From contig JBITAJ010000022.1 in assembly GCA_044440125.1 (NCBI GenBank), forward strand, positions 224,001-288,000: a stretch of 64,000 bases of DNA, in the 5' to 3' direction. The stretch is from Sedimentisphaeraceae bacterium JB056. Its GTDB lineage: Bacteria; Planctomycetota; Phycisphaerae; Sedimentisphaerales; Sedimentisphaeraceae. The notes below the pieces were generated by a model that did not search any database, was not told where the DNA came from, and worked only from the letters and a program-made list of their open reading frames with translations. Below, in pieces: positions 48,422 through 59,383 of this stretch (within the stretch, counting starts at the first letter, position 1; each line of letters begins with the position of its first letter). Made by a program: the position numbers and the translations under genes.

Positions 48422-49396
48422 ATGAAGACAAAAGTTTTAATAGTTGACAGAGTTTACAAACGTTCACAGGAGATATTCTCCCAGGCTAATGATATTGAAT
48501 TTATCGTTGTAAGCAAAGAAGAGGAACAAATCGCCGCGGCTGTTAAGGATAATAATGCCAATGCAGTTGTACTGGCAACTGACAAATACACAGGACCATT
48601 GTATGATTCTCTTGGTCAGAAAGCATTGATAGCACGTTACGGTGTTGGACATGATGGTATTGAGAAGACTAAAGCATCGCAAAACAATCAATATGTAACA
48701 ATAACTCCCGGAGTTTTGGATAATTCTGTTGCAGAACATACCATCTTTCTTCTTGGTGCTCTTGCAAGAAATATCGCATCCTCAAATTCAGAAATAAAAA
48801 ACAATTCATGGAAAAAAACAACAGGAATTGAACTTGCAGGCAAAACCCTCTCAATAATAGGGTGCGGGGCTATAGGTCGCAGAGTCGCCCAAATAGCTTC
48901 CTTTGGGTTAAGCATGAAAGTAATCGCATTTGATATAGCAAAGCTGGATGCTGAAAAACTTAAAAGAGATTACGGCATACAAAAGTTTACAAGCTCGCTT
49001 CAAAACGCCATATCGGAAGCAGATGCAGTTAGTATACATTTGCCGGCTATTGAGCCTACAAAAGATTTTGTCAATCCAGAAATGCTGTCTATGATGAAAA
49101 AGTGCGCAATGCTTGTTAATACTTCGCGAGGAAGCATAGTTGATGAGTCAGCCCTATACGATGCCCTTTCAAGCGGACAGATTGCCGGAGCTGCCATAGA
49201 TGTTTATAAAAAAGAACCCTATGAACCACAAGATTCCGAAAAAGATCTGCGTAAACTTGATAACATCATAATGACTCCGCATCTTGGAAGCAGCACGAAG
49301 GATTCATCAGATAGAATGGCTGAATGCGTTCTAAAAAATATCAGGCTCTGGAGAGAACAGGATATAAATAATATGGATATCGTCAACACAAAATAA
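48422..49396 (+). CDS. D-isomer-specific 2-hydroxyacid dehydrogenase (SerA-like)
   Basis: RYGVGHD, GCGAIG, VNTSRG, TPHLGSST. Confidence 0.92.
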   Translation: MKTKVLIVDRVYKRSQEIFSQANDIEFIVVSKEEEQIAAAVKDNNANAVVLATDKYTGPLYDSLGQKALIARYGVGHDGIEKTKASQNNQYVTITPGVLDNSVAEHTIFLLGALARNIASSNSEIKNNSWKKTTGIELAGKTLSIIGCGAIGRRVAQIASFGLSMKVIAFDIAKLDAEKLKRDYGIQKFTSSLQNAISEADAVSIHLPAIEPTKDFVNPEMLSMMKKCAMLVNTSRGSIVDESALYDALSSGQIAGAAIDVYKKEPYEPQDSEKDLRKLDNIIMTPHLGSSTKDSSDRMAECVLKNIRLWREQDINNMDIVNTK

Positions 49397-49404
49397 AAGG
49401 GAAT

Positions 49405-50169
49405 ATGATAATGAACAAATTTCGTAATGCACTTCTCAATAAAGAGGTAAGTCTTGGCGCATGGATGCAGATCGGACACTGCGCAGTAGCGGAAATATTC
49501 GCAAGGAGCGGTTTTGACTGGGTATGCGTAGACCTTGAACACGGCGCGATTGATCTTGAAAAAATGACAAACATATTCAGAACAATAGATGCTTTCGACT
49601 GTACACCTGTAGCAAGACTTCCCTACAACGATCCAGTATGGATACATAGAAGCCTTGATGCCGGTGCAAGAGGCTTGATTATACCGATGGTCAATTCTGC
49701 CCAAGAGGCTGAAAATGCAATAATAGAAGCTAAATACCCCCCTCGCGGAAAAAGAGGTTTTGGATACAGCAGAGCCAACATGCACGGCATAGATTTCGAC
49801 CAGTACATCAAAACCGCAAATGGCGATATCGCAATGGTAATGCAGATAGAACATAAAGATGCAATAACGAATCTTGAAGAGATCTCACAAGTTGAAGGTG
49901 TAGACGGATTCTTTATCGGCCCTCTTGATCTTAGCGGTTCAATGGGCATAACCGGCCAACTTGAGCATCCTGATATGATTGCTGCTCTTGACAAATACAA
50001 GAGAGTATGTAAGGATTCAGGCCTAAGCGCAGGCATGCATATAGTTCGCCCTGATGAAAAAAATATCAAATCGGCTATAGATCAGGGATACACTCTAATA
50101 GCCCTTGGACTTGACAATGTATTTCTTGATGAGAGTTCCAGAGCAGTACTCAAAGCGGCAGGGAATTAG
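49405..50169 (+). CDS. HpcH/HpaI class II aldolase
   Basis: VDLEHG, LDAGARG...PMV, QIE, FIGPLDLS. Confidence 0.92.
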   Translation: MIMNKFRNALLNKEVSLGAWMQIGHCAVAEIFARSGFDWVCVDLEHGAIDLEKMTNIFRTIDAFDCTPVARLPYNDPVWIHRSLDAGARGLIIPMVNSAQEAENAIIEAKYPPRGKRGFGYSRANMHGIDFDQYIKTANGDIAMVMQIEHKDAITNLEEISQVEGVDGFFIGPLDLSGSMGITGQLEHPDMIAALDKYKRVCKDSGLSAGMHIVRPDEKNIKSAIDQGYTLIALGLDNVFLDESSRAVLKAAGN

Positions 50170-50309
50170 CAGAATAACCACCGGTCACCATAATAGAGAT
50201 ATGGAATGGAGCATGGACTCTTGAGACGAAGCTGCAGGAAGCAGAACATTACATTGGCGAGTACTTCAGCAATACCGAATTAAACTGACAGAATGCTTAA
50301 ATATGTTAA

Positions 50310-52307
50310 TTACTCAGGAGTAGATTCACTCATAAGAAGCTGTGGAAGCCGGTGGATATATTTATTGTCTCCAATTTCCAACTTGAAAACATAATTGTTC
50401 ATTTCAGCAGGTTCAATATTCAGACTGACAGGCGCATCAATACCCTTTGTACGATATACAGCCGCAAAAAGAGCTGTTTTATCGTTTATCTCAAATATTC
50501 TACCAGCCTCTGTCTGCGGTTTACTGCTATCATCAAGGCTATATTGAAACTTGATAACGCTTGCTGGCTTGTCAAAGAAAACATCAATACCAAACCCAGA
50601 CTGTCCTTTTGAAAAAACCTCCGTGAAATTATAAACTTTACTAATACTCTTACGAGGAGATTTCAGATGAATCCACGGCAATGATTCAGGAAAATCATAC
50701 GGCTCATAATCCTTTACAGAACATACCTCAGATTCACCCGACACATGTGATATGAAGGCGAATTGATGCTTTTGCTCCGAAACTAACTGAAATACATCCA
50801 GCACATAATCATTCTTGACGATACAAGTACGCATCTGCTTGACACCGGGATAAAGCCGGCCCGTATAATCAGCCATTGTTATCCTTTTAACTTGCGGAAG
50901 AGAACTGTATTCAACAAGCTCAAGCCTTCTGGTAAGATCATTTTGCATAGAGTCATCAACCATAACCGTATTATGACTAACTGTATGCCTGTTAAGCCCC
51001 TTAACTACTTCCCAATTGATGCCATTTTCAACAAATCTCATTCCCGGATCAGTCAGCCACAAATGCCCATCACCGAAAAGTCTTATTGAGAGCTTGTCAA
51101 GATGTCTATGAACGTAAACATCTGAATAGCTCGCCATAAGCGTCCAATCTTTGCCGTTCCAGTAATCAGGTCCTTCATTCGTTCGCAAGAACGCATATCC
51201 CTGCTCGGGCAGCAAAACGGACTTCATATTTATATCTTCAACATCAGGCACTTTTATCTTGCCGTAAAACAATGCACTCGGATCACGCTTTTCCTGCTGG
51301 TTTATCAGCCACGCATATTTTTCATCACCAAACCGATTATAGAGTATCTCATAAGGCATACCAGCACTAAATTTAGGGCGTTTACCGTAAGTATCGGCAA
51401 CTTTTGGAAAATAACCATCAGGTAAGATAAGCTGAAAAAATGAATCATACGCCTGTTTTAAATCCCTGCCATCGGCAGTTGGTTCATAAAGACTGACAGG
51501 CGAATCAGTATTTTCAAGAATCTCTGCCATTAAAAGCATTGGCTCAAGTGCAACCAAACAATACGCAATAGATGCCTCACCCCACAGACCATCATCCCTG
51601 AAACCAAAATTCAGCATAAACTCCATACCATGTTCACTGTATATTGCATCAGTAACCATTGCAGGTTTATCATAGAATAAACCATACATACCAATGCAAA
51701 GCTTATGCCAGCACACATGATTGTTTACGGGCACACCGCCAGGATTTGTTTCAAGCCAACGATTATCATCCTCTATAACAACCGCTAAAAGTCTGGTAAA
51801 ATAATCATCTATCTTAGCTCTCTCTGCATCACTTAACGTATCATAAATAATATCGTAAGCATCCATTGCAGGATAAGCCACCCTTGCATTATTAAGAGCA
51901 TCAGTCATAGGAGGTGAAGCAAATTCATAATTACTTAAGTGAAGAAGTAAGTCTTTCGCCTTTGCCGCAAGTTCCGGCCTGAACACACTCGCTCTCGCAC
52001 AACTCTGTGCAGCAAGAGCCCACGGACGCGGCTTATGATACGTATGCAGACTTACATTCTTTACGTTTTCACTTTTAGATACCCAGTTAAAATCAAGCTC
52101 AGGTAAGTTGTCCGAATCAATACGCTGAGCACGAGAAATAAGATCTGCAGCCATTTTCGCAAAATCTCTATCCAACTTAACAGCTTTCTTAGCCCGTTGA
52201 ATATCATCCTGTGTAGTAAAAAGAAACGGATGTTTTTTTTCCTCTCCATGCAAGTTCAATGAAAAAATCAGCCCAAATACTATAACTGCAAGAAATCTAT
52301 TATTCAT
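50310..52307 (-). CDS. Polysaccharide lyase (alginate-lyase-like toroid plus heparinase II/III C-terminal domain)
   Basis: HPFLF, NNH, DGLWGEAS..Y, HRHLDKLS, SHNTVMVD, signal peptide. Confidence 0.85.
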   Translation of the reverse strand: MNNRFLAVIVFGLIFSLNLHGEEKKHPFLFTTQDDIQRAKKAVKLDRDFAKMAADLISRAQRIDSDNLPELDFNWVSKSENVKNVSLHTYHKPRPWALAAQSCARASVFRPELAAKAKDLLLHLSNYEFASPPMTDALNNARVAYPAMDAYDIIYDTLSDAERAKIDDYFTRLLAVVIEDDNRWLETNPGGVPVNNHVCWHKLCIGMYGLFYDKPAMVTDAIYSEHGMEFMLNFGFRDDGLWGEASIAYCLVALEPMLLMAEILENTDSPVSLYEPTADGRDLKQAYDSFFQLILPDGYFPKVADTYGKRPKFSAGMPYEILYNRFGDEKYAWLINQQEKRDPSALFYGKIKVPDVEDINMKSVLLPEQGYAFLRTNEGPDYWNGKDWTLMASYSDVYVHRHLDKLSIRLFGDGHLWLTDPGMRFVENGINWEVVKGLNRHTVSHNTVMVDDSMQNDLTRRLELVEYSSLPQVKRITMADYTGRLYPGVKQMRTCIVKNDYVLDVFQLVSEQKHQFAFISHVSGESEVCSVKDYEPYDFPESLPWIHLKSPRKSISKVYNFTEVFSKGQSGFGIDVFFDKPASVIKFQYSLDDSSKPQTEAGRIFEINDKTALFAAVYRTKGIDAPVSLNIEPAEMNNYVFKLEIGDNKYIHRLPQLLMSESTPE

Positions 52308-52353
52308 TTAATACCTCAAATATATATAGTTTATTGATTTGTAAATACTGAAA

Positions 52354-54348
52354 TCAATTTGACATATCCACACATCCCAATTGAGTAGGATTCGTGCATA
52401 CCAGCCATTGCTGGGCTATTAGAGCCACATCAAGTATATCAACATAACAATCCCTGTTAATATCAGATTTTGCATAACCTGTAAGAGCACAACTGCCATT
52501 AAGATATGATATACTCAGTTCATCAATCAAACCAGAGTAAAATCTCGTATTGAACAAATGTGTTGATCCAAAATATATTCCGGAATCATAGCTTACCGAC
52601 ATTTCAGATATATTTACAATATTACCCGACTGAGAATTAGTGATAGCAACAGCCTTACCATTACCTGCAAAAAACTTCACATGATTCCATTCATCCAAAA
52701 CAATATTCGATAATGAATACGCTGTACTGACTCCATTCTTATGCCAGAGATTAAAATTAATCCTCGCTGTTGAAGCAGATGTAGGAACAAGCCGAAGCTC
52801 AAAAGTACCCGTTGCATAAACAATTGTCTGTTCATACTGAAAGCTGTAGGGCTTTATGTAAAGTTCAATAGCGGCATTTTCTGCATCAGGCCATATATCT
52901 GATGAAAATGCACCGGAATACATCCCATTAAACCACAGGGCTTTGTCACCACTCAAACCACTCACACCCTCTCCATCAGCGGTCAAAGCTGCTCCATAGA
53001 CTCCGGTATTAATCACAGTATAACCAAGTATGAATTTGTGGTTATATTCCGTATTATCAGGAACATAATTTCTTGTCTGGTCAAGATAAGTCATTGTATC
53101 AGTATTATTCATATCCCAATGAGCAACAAGAGTATCCGGCCGCTGAAGTATACTGCTTCCATGAGTAAGCACCGGAGTACCTATATAATCTGTACGGAGC
53201 TTGGAACGGCCTATCGAATTAAGATAATGCACAATAGAAGTCTCATCCGGATATCTCATATTGGCAAGTTCAAAGAATCCTGCCGAAGTTCTGCTGACAT
53301 TCTCACCACAATAGAAACCATCTTTTACACAAGCATCCTCTTCAATATAAAATTCGGCATAATACTTAAATGGCAGGAGAAGATTCTCTCCGCCTGGAGC
53401 TGTATAGCTATAGAAATCAAGACCATTTACATAAGTCATCTCAGCCGAAAGCAGTAATAAATTAAGAGTGAGAGATGAATAAGCAAGCCCATACGGCGTC
53501 CAGTTACCATCATCGTCTGTCTGGACATGACGATATCTGTCTATTATTTCACCATCGTGTACAGGCCACTCAAGAGAATCGTAGTAATACTGCGAATCGC
53601 CTTCCATAAGAATACAGCCTGCTATAAGCTCCACAAGATCGCGGGGATTGTCAGGACTGTCAACAGCATACTGCACAAGCTCTCTGTCCCCTAAAACATA
53701 GCCAATCATCAACAAACCCATTGCATGAGAAGCAAGATGATTCTGATAATACTGACCGCCAAAATAATCATTTATCTCCCATCGATTAATGCCCTCTTCA
53801 ATAACGGCCTGAAGAACTCTAAGCCAGCTTTCAAAATCAGCTTTTATTTCAGGGGTCATAAGCAAATGGTCATACAGCAAATCGTAAGCCCAAATAATCT
53901 GAATAGTACTTCTTGGCACTTCCATACCAGAATTGGCATACCTGACTTCAGGATCAAAATCAGAAGCAGGCAACGGCTCAGCAGTCGACCATGCAGAAAT
54001 ATAGCTTATGGCTTTCTGTGCATAGTTATCGTTACCGGTAGCTAAATATGCAATTGCAAGATTACGTGCAACAGTACCCTGAGTACGGCAGCTTTGATAA
54101 AACTCACTTGAATCACGACCTGTGTATGGATCAGGAGAACTACTCAATCCATTATCAGCAGAAGATTTCAAACTTACGTAAGCACTATACCAAGGCTCCG
54201 CTTCATTTGTAATTCGCTGATTCATAATATCGATATCTGCCTGTTTCATCAGAAGCCTTGGATGGGGCTGGTCTATCTGTGGAACAACTATCTGTGAGTA
54301 AACTGCACTGCAGCAGCAAATTATGAATAAAAATATAATTAAACGCAT
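52354..54348 (-). CDS. Alginate-lyase-like protein with LamG domain and C-terminal dockerin-like module
   Basis: HPRLL, QNH, GEIIDRYR, LamG (FYSGLIDEL), SDINRDCYVDILDVALIAQQWLVCT. Confidence 0.8.
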   Translation of the reverse strand: MRLIIFLFIICCCSAVYSQIVVPQIDQPHPRLLMKQADIDIMNQRITNEAEPWYSAYVSLKSSADNGLSSSPDPYTGRDSSEFYQSCRTQGTVARNLAIAYLATGNDNYAQKAISYISAWSTAEPLPASDFDPEVRYANSGMEVPRSTIQIIWAYDLLYDHLLMTPEIKADFESWLRVLQAVIEEGINRWEINDYFGGQYYQNHLASHAMGLLMIGYVLGDRELVQYAVDSPDNPRDLVELIAGCILMEGDSQYYYDSLEWPVHDGEIIDRYRHVQTDDDGNWTPYGLAYSSLTLNLLLLSAEMTYVNGLDFYSYTAPGGENLLLPFKYYAEFYIEEDACVKDGFYCGENVSRTSAGFFELANMRYPDETSIVHYLNSIGRSKLRTDYIGTPVLTHGSSILQRPDTLVAHWDMNNTDTMTYLDQTRNYVPDNTEYNHKFILGYTVINTGVYGAALTADGEGVSGLSGDKALWFNGMYSGAFSSDIWPDAENAAIELYIKPYSFQYEQTIVYATGTFELRLVPTSASTARINFNLWHKNGVSTAYSLSNIVLDEWNHVKFFAGNGKAVAITNSQSGNIVNISEMSVSYDSGIYFGSTHLFNTRFYSGLIDELSISYLNGSCALTGYAKSDINRDCYVDILDVALIAQQWLVCTNPTQLGCVDMSN

Positions 54349-54366
54349 ACTTACCTTTATAGTAAA

Positions 54367-56403
54367 TTATCTCATATCGTTACATTCAAATTGCGATGGA
54401 TCCGAACAATTCAACCATTCGGCAACAATAACAGAAAAATCAATAAGATCAACTTTACAATCACCGTTAATATCAGCAGAAGGTGAATTACACAGAACAC
54501 TTCGACTGAATTCAATATTCTCAAGACTTAAACTTACTGTATCCGTTGTTCCATCATTAAATACAAGGGATATTTCCATACCATCCGCATCACCGGTTTT
54601 GGTAATAACAGGCAATGTGTCATCAGAACTGCTTGCGAATACCAGTACAACAAATTTACCGCTGTAACCGGTTGATGTTATTTTAAGCTGCTTATATGAT
54701 GATTCCTCAGTTATCGACTGCAGAGAAAATGTCTGAGGCCACAAGCACTTAATATCGCATCTGGCCCCCGTTGAAGCTCCTTCGATATAAGAAGTTCTGA
54801 CAAATTCATCAACTACCAGATCATTGGAATAATCCGTCGTCAAACGCCACTGAAAATTCTTCACAGCAGTCTCATTAATCTCAAAATCATCTGTAATAAT
54901 TAAATACGGCTGATTACCTCTTACATACAAAAGCTGTCTTATAGCTTTCTTGGCATCGACCATATCAACATAGGCATCCGCCGCATCACCTTTAATATAT
55001 GTAGCGTCACCTTTTTCGATAAAGCTTATTATCTGGCCTGTTACTGCCGAACCTGGGGCATACCAGTCCTGCCCATCATCATCCACTGTAACAGCATTGT
55101 GATACGGAGTTTCATATAATCCCGCTCCGGGATCAATTGCAAATTTTTCACCCTTAGCAAAAAAGGTAAAACTGTTTATATCACCATGACTCCAGCAGCC
55201 AGGCCAGTTAAAGCCCGAAGTGAATGTCGCAAAACTATCACCACTATCCCAACCATCACGCAGAGACACCTGTCCTCTCTGGAAATACTTATAGTTACCA
55301 AGCTGTGCATCAACAGGCGATTGCGGCTGCAACTGTTGATCTTCCCATAATATAACATAAGGCAAACTTGCTCCTGAACCAAGCCATGTACTCTGGCCGT
55401 AACTGCCGTCACCACTGCTTCCAACCATTCTGTCCCAACCCCATAATCCCAGAGAATCCTGATTTCTCGCTATCAGATACATAATTCCTCCGGCAGGCTT
55501 CATCACATTTCCCGACTGATTAAGTATTACTCCTTCAGAACCCCACGGCAAAAGCTGCCACATATAATACTGGGGAATTAAAGCAGTAATTGGTTTTCCC
55601 GCAACAATATCTATTCCACCACTGCATTTCAAAGCATCAGCAAACGGCACAGCCCCCTGCAATCCGTAAGCAAGGTAAGTCATACCTTCATAAGCACATC
55701 CCGTTGAATCAACAGCATAATCAAAATAAGAACTGATCTTATCTGTTGCTCTCTGTGCCCAGGTTGCCGGTGCACTGTCACCAAGTACAAGTCCGCACAG
55801 TCCCATTCCGCCATGAGCCACAGCCTGATGATTCCACGCTAAACGACGAGGCTCGTCAAGACCATAATAATCCCATAACGACTGTTCATAAAGCTGCTGG
55901 CCAAAACTGTATATCTCAGCCTCTATCAATGCTTTCTGCTGTTCAGTCATATAAGGTTCAAGCCAATCATAAGCAACAGCGTATGCATGTGCCATATCAC
56001 CAACAGCTAAGTGATCGTTAAACCCAAGGAATGTATTCACATCAGACTGCTCGGCAACAGCACATATAAGCTCAACGGCTTTATCCGTATATTGTGTGTC
56101 TTCTGTAAGGATACCGGTTAAAGCAAGATTAAGCAACTGAACAGATGCCGCCCTGCCGCTTATAGCATCAGTAAAATTATAAGGAGAAGTTGAAAGAGTA
56201 AGATATGAATCAGCCCTTGCTTTCATTAATTGAAATGCCTGCTCACTCCTGCCAGCAGTAATCTTCTGCTGCAGTAAAGGTATATCTTCAGCACTAAAAA
56301 ATAACGAAGGATGCGTCCCATTACACAATTGCGGTAATAAACACAAAACAGTAATTAATAAAGTCTGATACTTCATAGTTCTTATTATAATATTAAAGTT
56401 CAT
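54367..56403 (-). CDS. Heparinase II/III-like (DUF4962-type) lyase with C-terminal dockerin-like module
   Basis: HPSLFF, WNH, YEGMTY, HGDINSF, HNAV, ADINGDCKVDLIDFSVIVAEWL. Confidence 0.82.
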   Translation of the reverse strand: MNFNIIIRTMKYQTLLITVLCLLPQLCNGTHPSLFFSAEDIPLLQQKITAGRSEQAFQLMKARADSYLTLSTSPYNFTDAISGRAASVQLLNLALTGILTEDTQYTDKAVELICAVAEQSDVNTFLGFNDHLAVGDMAHAYAVAYDWLEPYMTEQQKALIEAEIYSFGQQLYEQSLWDYYGLDEPRRLAWNHQAVAHGGMGLCGLVLGDSAPATWAQRATDKISSYFDYAVDSTGCAYEGMTYLAYGLQGAVPFADALKCSGGIDIVAGKPITALIPQYYMWQLLPWGSEGVILNQSGNVMKPAGGIMYLIARNQDSLGLWGWDRMVGSSGDGSYGQSTWLGSGASLPYVILWEDQQLQPQSPVDAQLGNYKYFQRGQVSLRDGWDSGDSFATFTSGFNWPGCWSHGDINSFTFFAKGEKFAIDPGAGLYETPYHNAVTVDDDGQDWYAPGSAVTGQIISFIEKGDATYIKGDAADAYVDMVDAKKAIRQLLYVRGNQPYLIITDDFEINETAVKNFQWRLTTDYSNDLVVDEFVRTSYIEGASTGARCDIKCLWPQTFSLQSITEESSYKQLKITSTGYSGKFVVLVFASSSDDTLPVITKTGDADGMEISLVFNDGTTDTVSLSLENIEFSRSVLCNSPSADINGDCKVDLIDFSVIVAEWLNCSDPSQFECNDMR

Positions 56404-57754
56404 TTTTACCCCAAGCTATTAACCAACTCAGATTAGGACGGTGTACAGGATAAAGGCTTACATCACCTCTATTATACCCTTCTCTTTTCAAAACAGAGAG
56501 GAAAATATCCCTTTCTTCAGGATAATGCAGTAATCCAAGTTCGTAGACTTCCGCAAAATCAGACGACATCTTACTCCATATATAGTATCCACCGTTAACG
56601 GCGTTACTGCCTGTTAGTACAAAATCCTGATAGAACTTGAACGGCAGCAAGAGACTTTCTCCATCAGCACCGGTATATTTATAAAAATCTACATTGTTTT
56701 GGTAAGCCAATTCCGCACAAAGCAGTAACATCCTAAAACCATGCTGGCTGTATCCAAGCCCGCTTCCCTCAACAGTACGATATCTGTCATATATCTCACC
56801 TGTCTGCGGCGGCATGGTATGCCAATTTGTCACTGATATATCTTTACCCTTCTTCTTGCCTATCTGTATAACTCTTTCCAAGTCGAACTTTACATAATCA
56901 GTATCTCCGGCAACATGAACAGCTCCATCTATCATTTCCTTAAGATCTCTCGGATTATCCTCGCTGTCAAGACAGTACTGCACCAACTCTCTATCTCCAA
57001 GAACATAACCTATCTCTAGTAAACCCATAAGGTGCTCACCAACATGATTCTGATAGTTCTGGGAACCAAAATATCTATCCTTTGGATTCTCTGTCTCTAT
57101 CCAACCGGTAGGACTCACATTTGTGCCTACACTTTTATAAGGTGTATCCCAACGCTTCATATCTTCTTTAATCAATTTGGCAAGTTCATGCAGCCATCGC
57201 TTGACAGTATCGTTATCCTTTTTTGAAAAATCCGGTTCAGAAGCAAGAAGATCATATGCAAGAATAAGTCCGGATGTTCCGCAGACAATAAATAACCCTC
57301 GATCAGAAAAACTATGAGTGATATTTTCATCTACATTTGCAAATGGCAGAGGAAAATTATCAGGTCGTGCAAGAATAAACTCAATGGCTTTCTTCTTATA
57401 CTTATCTTTCCCAGTGACATGATAGGCTATAGCCAGACAAACAGCGGCTTTACTGTCGTTATTAGCAGATATTCTCCAAAGATCAGCTCTGTTTCCAGCA
57501 TACGGTTCAACGGGTGCCTGTAAATCCGATTCTGCCGTTGCTATCATTTTACATAATGCGGTATAGACAGGATCAACTTTTTCGTTATAAGATTTACGCA
57601 AAAAAGACAACCGTTGTGAGGATATCCAGAGTCTTGGATGCTGTTTTGCTATCTGCTCGACAACCAGCCTGCTGTCATTGGACGCAACAAGCATATCACC
57701 GTTTACACTACAACCGCTCAAGAAAACTATTATCGTCAATAAATACTTCATCAA
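56393..57754 (-). CDS. Alginate-lyase-like lipoprotein
   Basis: Lipobox LSGC, HPRLW, QNH, GEIYDRYR. Paralog of 52354..54348. Confidence 0.78.
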   Translation of the reverse strand: MMKYLLTIIVFLSGCSVNGDMLVASNDSRLVVEQIAKQHPRLWISSQRLSFLRKSYNEKVDPVYTALCKMIATAESDLQAPVEPYAGNRADLWRISANNDSKAAVCLAIAYHVTGKDKYKKKAIEFILARPDNFPLPFANVDENITHSFSDRGLFIVCGTSGLILAYDLLASEPDFSKKDNDTVKRWLHELAKLIKEDMKRWDTPYKSVGTNVSPTGWIETENPKDRYFGSQNYQNHVGEHLMGLLEIGYVLGDRELVQYCLDSEDNPRDLKEMIDGAVHVAGDTDYVKFDLERVIQIGKKKGKDISVTNWHTMPPQTGEIYDRYRTVEGSGLGYSQHGFRMLLLCAELAYQNNVDFYKYTGADGESLLLPFKFYQDFVLTGSNAVNGGYYIWSKMSSDFAEVYELGLLHYPEERDIFLSVLKREGYNRGDVSLYPVHRPNLSWLIAWGKNEL

Positions 57755-57763
57755 TCTTTGATC

Positions 57764-59383
57764 TTATTTAACATTTCCAAATTCAAACATAGCTGCGGCC
57801 GTACCGGTAGTACAATTTATCCAGTAATCCCTTTCCAATGTCGTAAGATATGTGAGGTATTCACCATTGTGGTATTTTTCCTGGACATACACCACATTAT
57901 TGGCCAAATCTTTTGCTTTCGCCAGATATATCCGGTCTCCTGTTACTTCATAAGCCTTTTTCAATACGAGGACGAAATTAGTCGAAGCCCCTCCTACCGG
58001 CTGCCAAAACAGATACTGCTCGCCAACACACGGCAGCACCCATTTATCCGTTGCATAATATTCTGCCGGAAACAGAGCATTATCCCAGTTCCTGTTCGAA
58101 TCAGAAGGCGGATCGGACCAAACCACGAATTGATCCTCCACATATCGTATCAACTCGCGGGCCAACTCAATATATGATGGGTTTCTATCGGCATTTTGCA
58201 AAAGATATATCGCAAACAAACACGGTTCAACGTGCGAGAGGTTTCTGTAGGGCTTATCCGGCGGGCTATCCTCGAACTGGTTCTGCCAATTGAATGTCTT
58301 CATAGGATTATCAAACGTCCACTTTATCGCCTTGTCAACGACCGACTGCAAATCAGTCCTACCGTATTTCTTTATAAACGTATCGAGATAGTTTATAATT
58401 AACGGCGGATTGATAAGATTATCATTGATCGGCTTTCCCGTTTTTACGTCAACGACCAGATACCATGTACCGCTGTCAAGTTGAAGCCTCTTGAACCCAT
58501 CGGCTATTCTTTCGGCGGCATCAAAGTATTTCTTATCACCGGTAATTTCAAACAAACCAAGATACGCTTGTCCGACATCAGCGCCGTACATGAACATACA
58601 CTTGTCAACATTCATATGACCCTCTGCCTCCATCTTGTCGTAGGTAGGAGGAAAATATTCAAGCGGAGAACCTGCAGGGTAGTGTCTTGTGAGTAGATAA
58701 TCTGCGGCGGCAACGCCTATCTTGAGAACTTCATCGGCATCAGCCGGTTTGGGCTTGATACGTGCATAAACAACGGCACCTTCAATCACCCCGCCTATCA
58801 TCTTGGCGGCATATCTGTACCTGTAATGATATTCAGGGTCGGGCTCGCCAGTTTCAAGCCATTTCCGCACAAAGCTTTTCTGATAAAGCTTCTGCAAGGC
58901 CTTCTGTGCACTAGCAGCATAATCATAATCTTCTCTGTACGGCCCATTATAAACAGCCGCCTTTCGTGATTTTTTCTCCCCGCTTAGACCTATAACTTCA
59001 CCATCTTCTCCGATAGCCTCTACTTTCAGCGTAAAGTCTCCAACTGGCATTTTCTGCCATACCGGTGTGAGCAGAGCATCGGGTCTCTGTGCCGTAAAAA
59101 CAAACTCGCCGCCTTTTGATGATTTCGCAGTAAACCTGTAACAGGCTGCGTTATCGACTGTATCAAAATCAAATGCGGGGACATTCATAAACCGAAATGC
59201 GTATTCATTCCAAAACGGCCTAACACCCTGTACGCCGTTACGCACCGGTATCATACTCTCTGCCACCGCCTGATCATGTAACTGCATCATATCAACCTCA
59301 CATTCTTTACAAGTACCGGCCATTACACTCATAACCGAACATAGTAAAATTAACAATTTCATCTTCAACATTCTTCCTCTCAT
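57764..59383 (-). CDS. Secreted hypothetical protein, probable (alpha/alpha)-toroid carbohydrate-active enzyme
   Basis: Signal peptide and repeated 'YxxTGDxxYL/F' toroid motifs (FEITGDKKYF, YEVTGDRIYL). Confidence 0.6.
   Translation of the reverse strand: MRGRMLKMKLLILLCSVMSVMAGTCKECEVDMMQLHDQAVAESMIPVRNGVQGVRPFWNEYAFRFMNVPAFDFDTVDNAACYRFTAKSSKGGEFVFTAQRPDALLTPVWQKMPVGDFTLKVEAIGEDGEVIGLSGEKKSRKAAVYNGPYREDYDYAASAQKALQKLYQKSFVRKWLETGEPDPEYHYRYRYAAKMIGGVIEGAVVYARIKPKPADADEVLKIGVAAADYLLTRHYPAGSPLEYFPPTYDKMEAEGHMNVDKCMFMYGADVGQAYLGLFEITGDKKYFDAAERIADGFKRLQLDSGTWYLVVDVKTGKPINDNLINPPLIINYLDTFIKKYGRTDLQSVVDKAIKWTFDNPMKTFNWQNQFEDSPPDKPYRNLSHVEPCLFAIYLLQNADRNPSYIELARELIRYVEDQFVVWSDPPSDSNRNWDNALFPAEYYATDKWVLPCVGEQYLFWQPVGGASTNFVLVLKKAYEVTGDRIYLAKAKDLANNVVYVQEKYHNGEYLTYLTTLERDYWINCTTGTAAAMFEFGNVK

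Noticed and set aside
49219..50069. Minus-strand ORFs of 211 and 148 aa
   Set aside because: They are antisense to the well-supported dehydrogenase and aldolase genes.
50180..50288. Start-less open frame after the aldolase (PVTIIEIWNGAWTLETKLQEAEHYIGEYF…)
   Set aside because: It may be the tail of a deleted gene, but has no start and no recognisable family.
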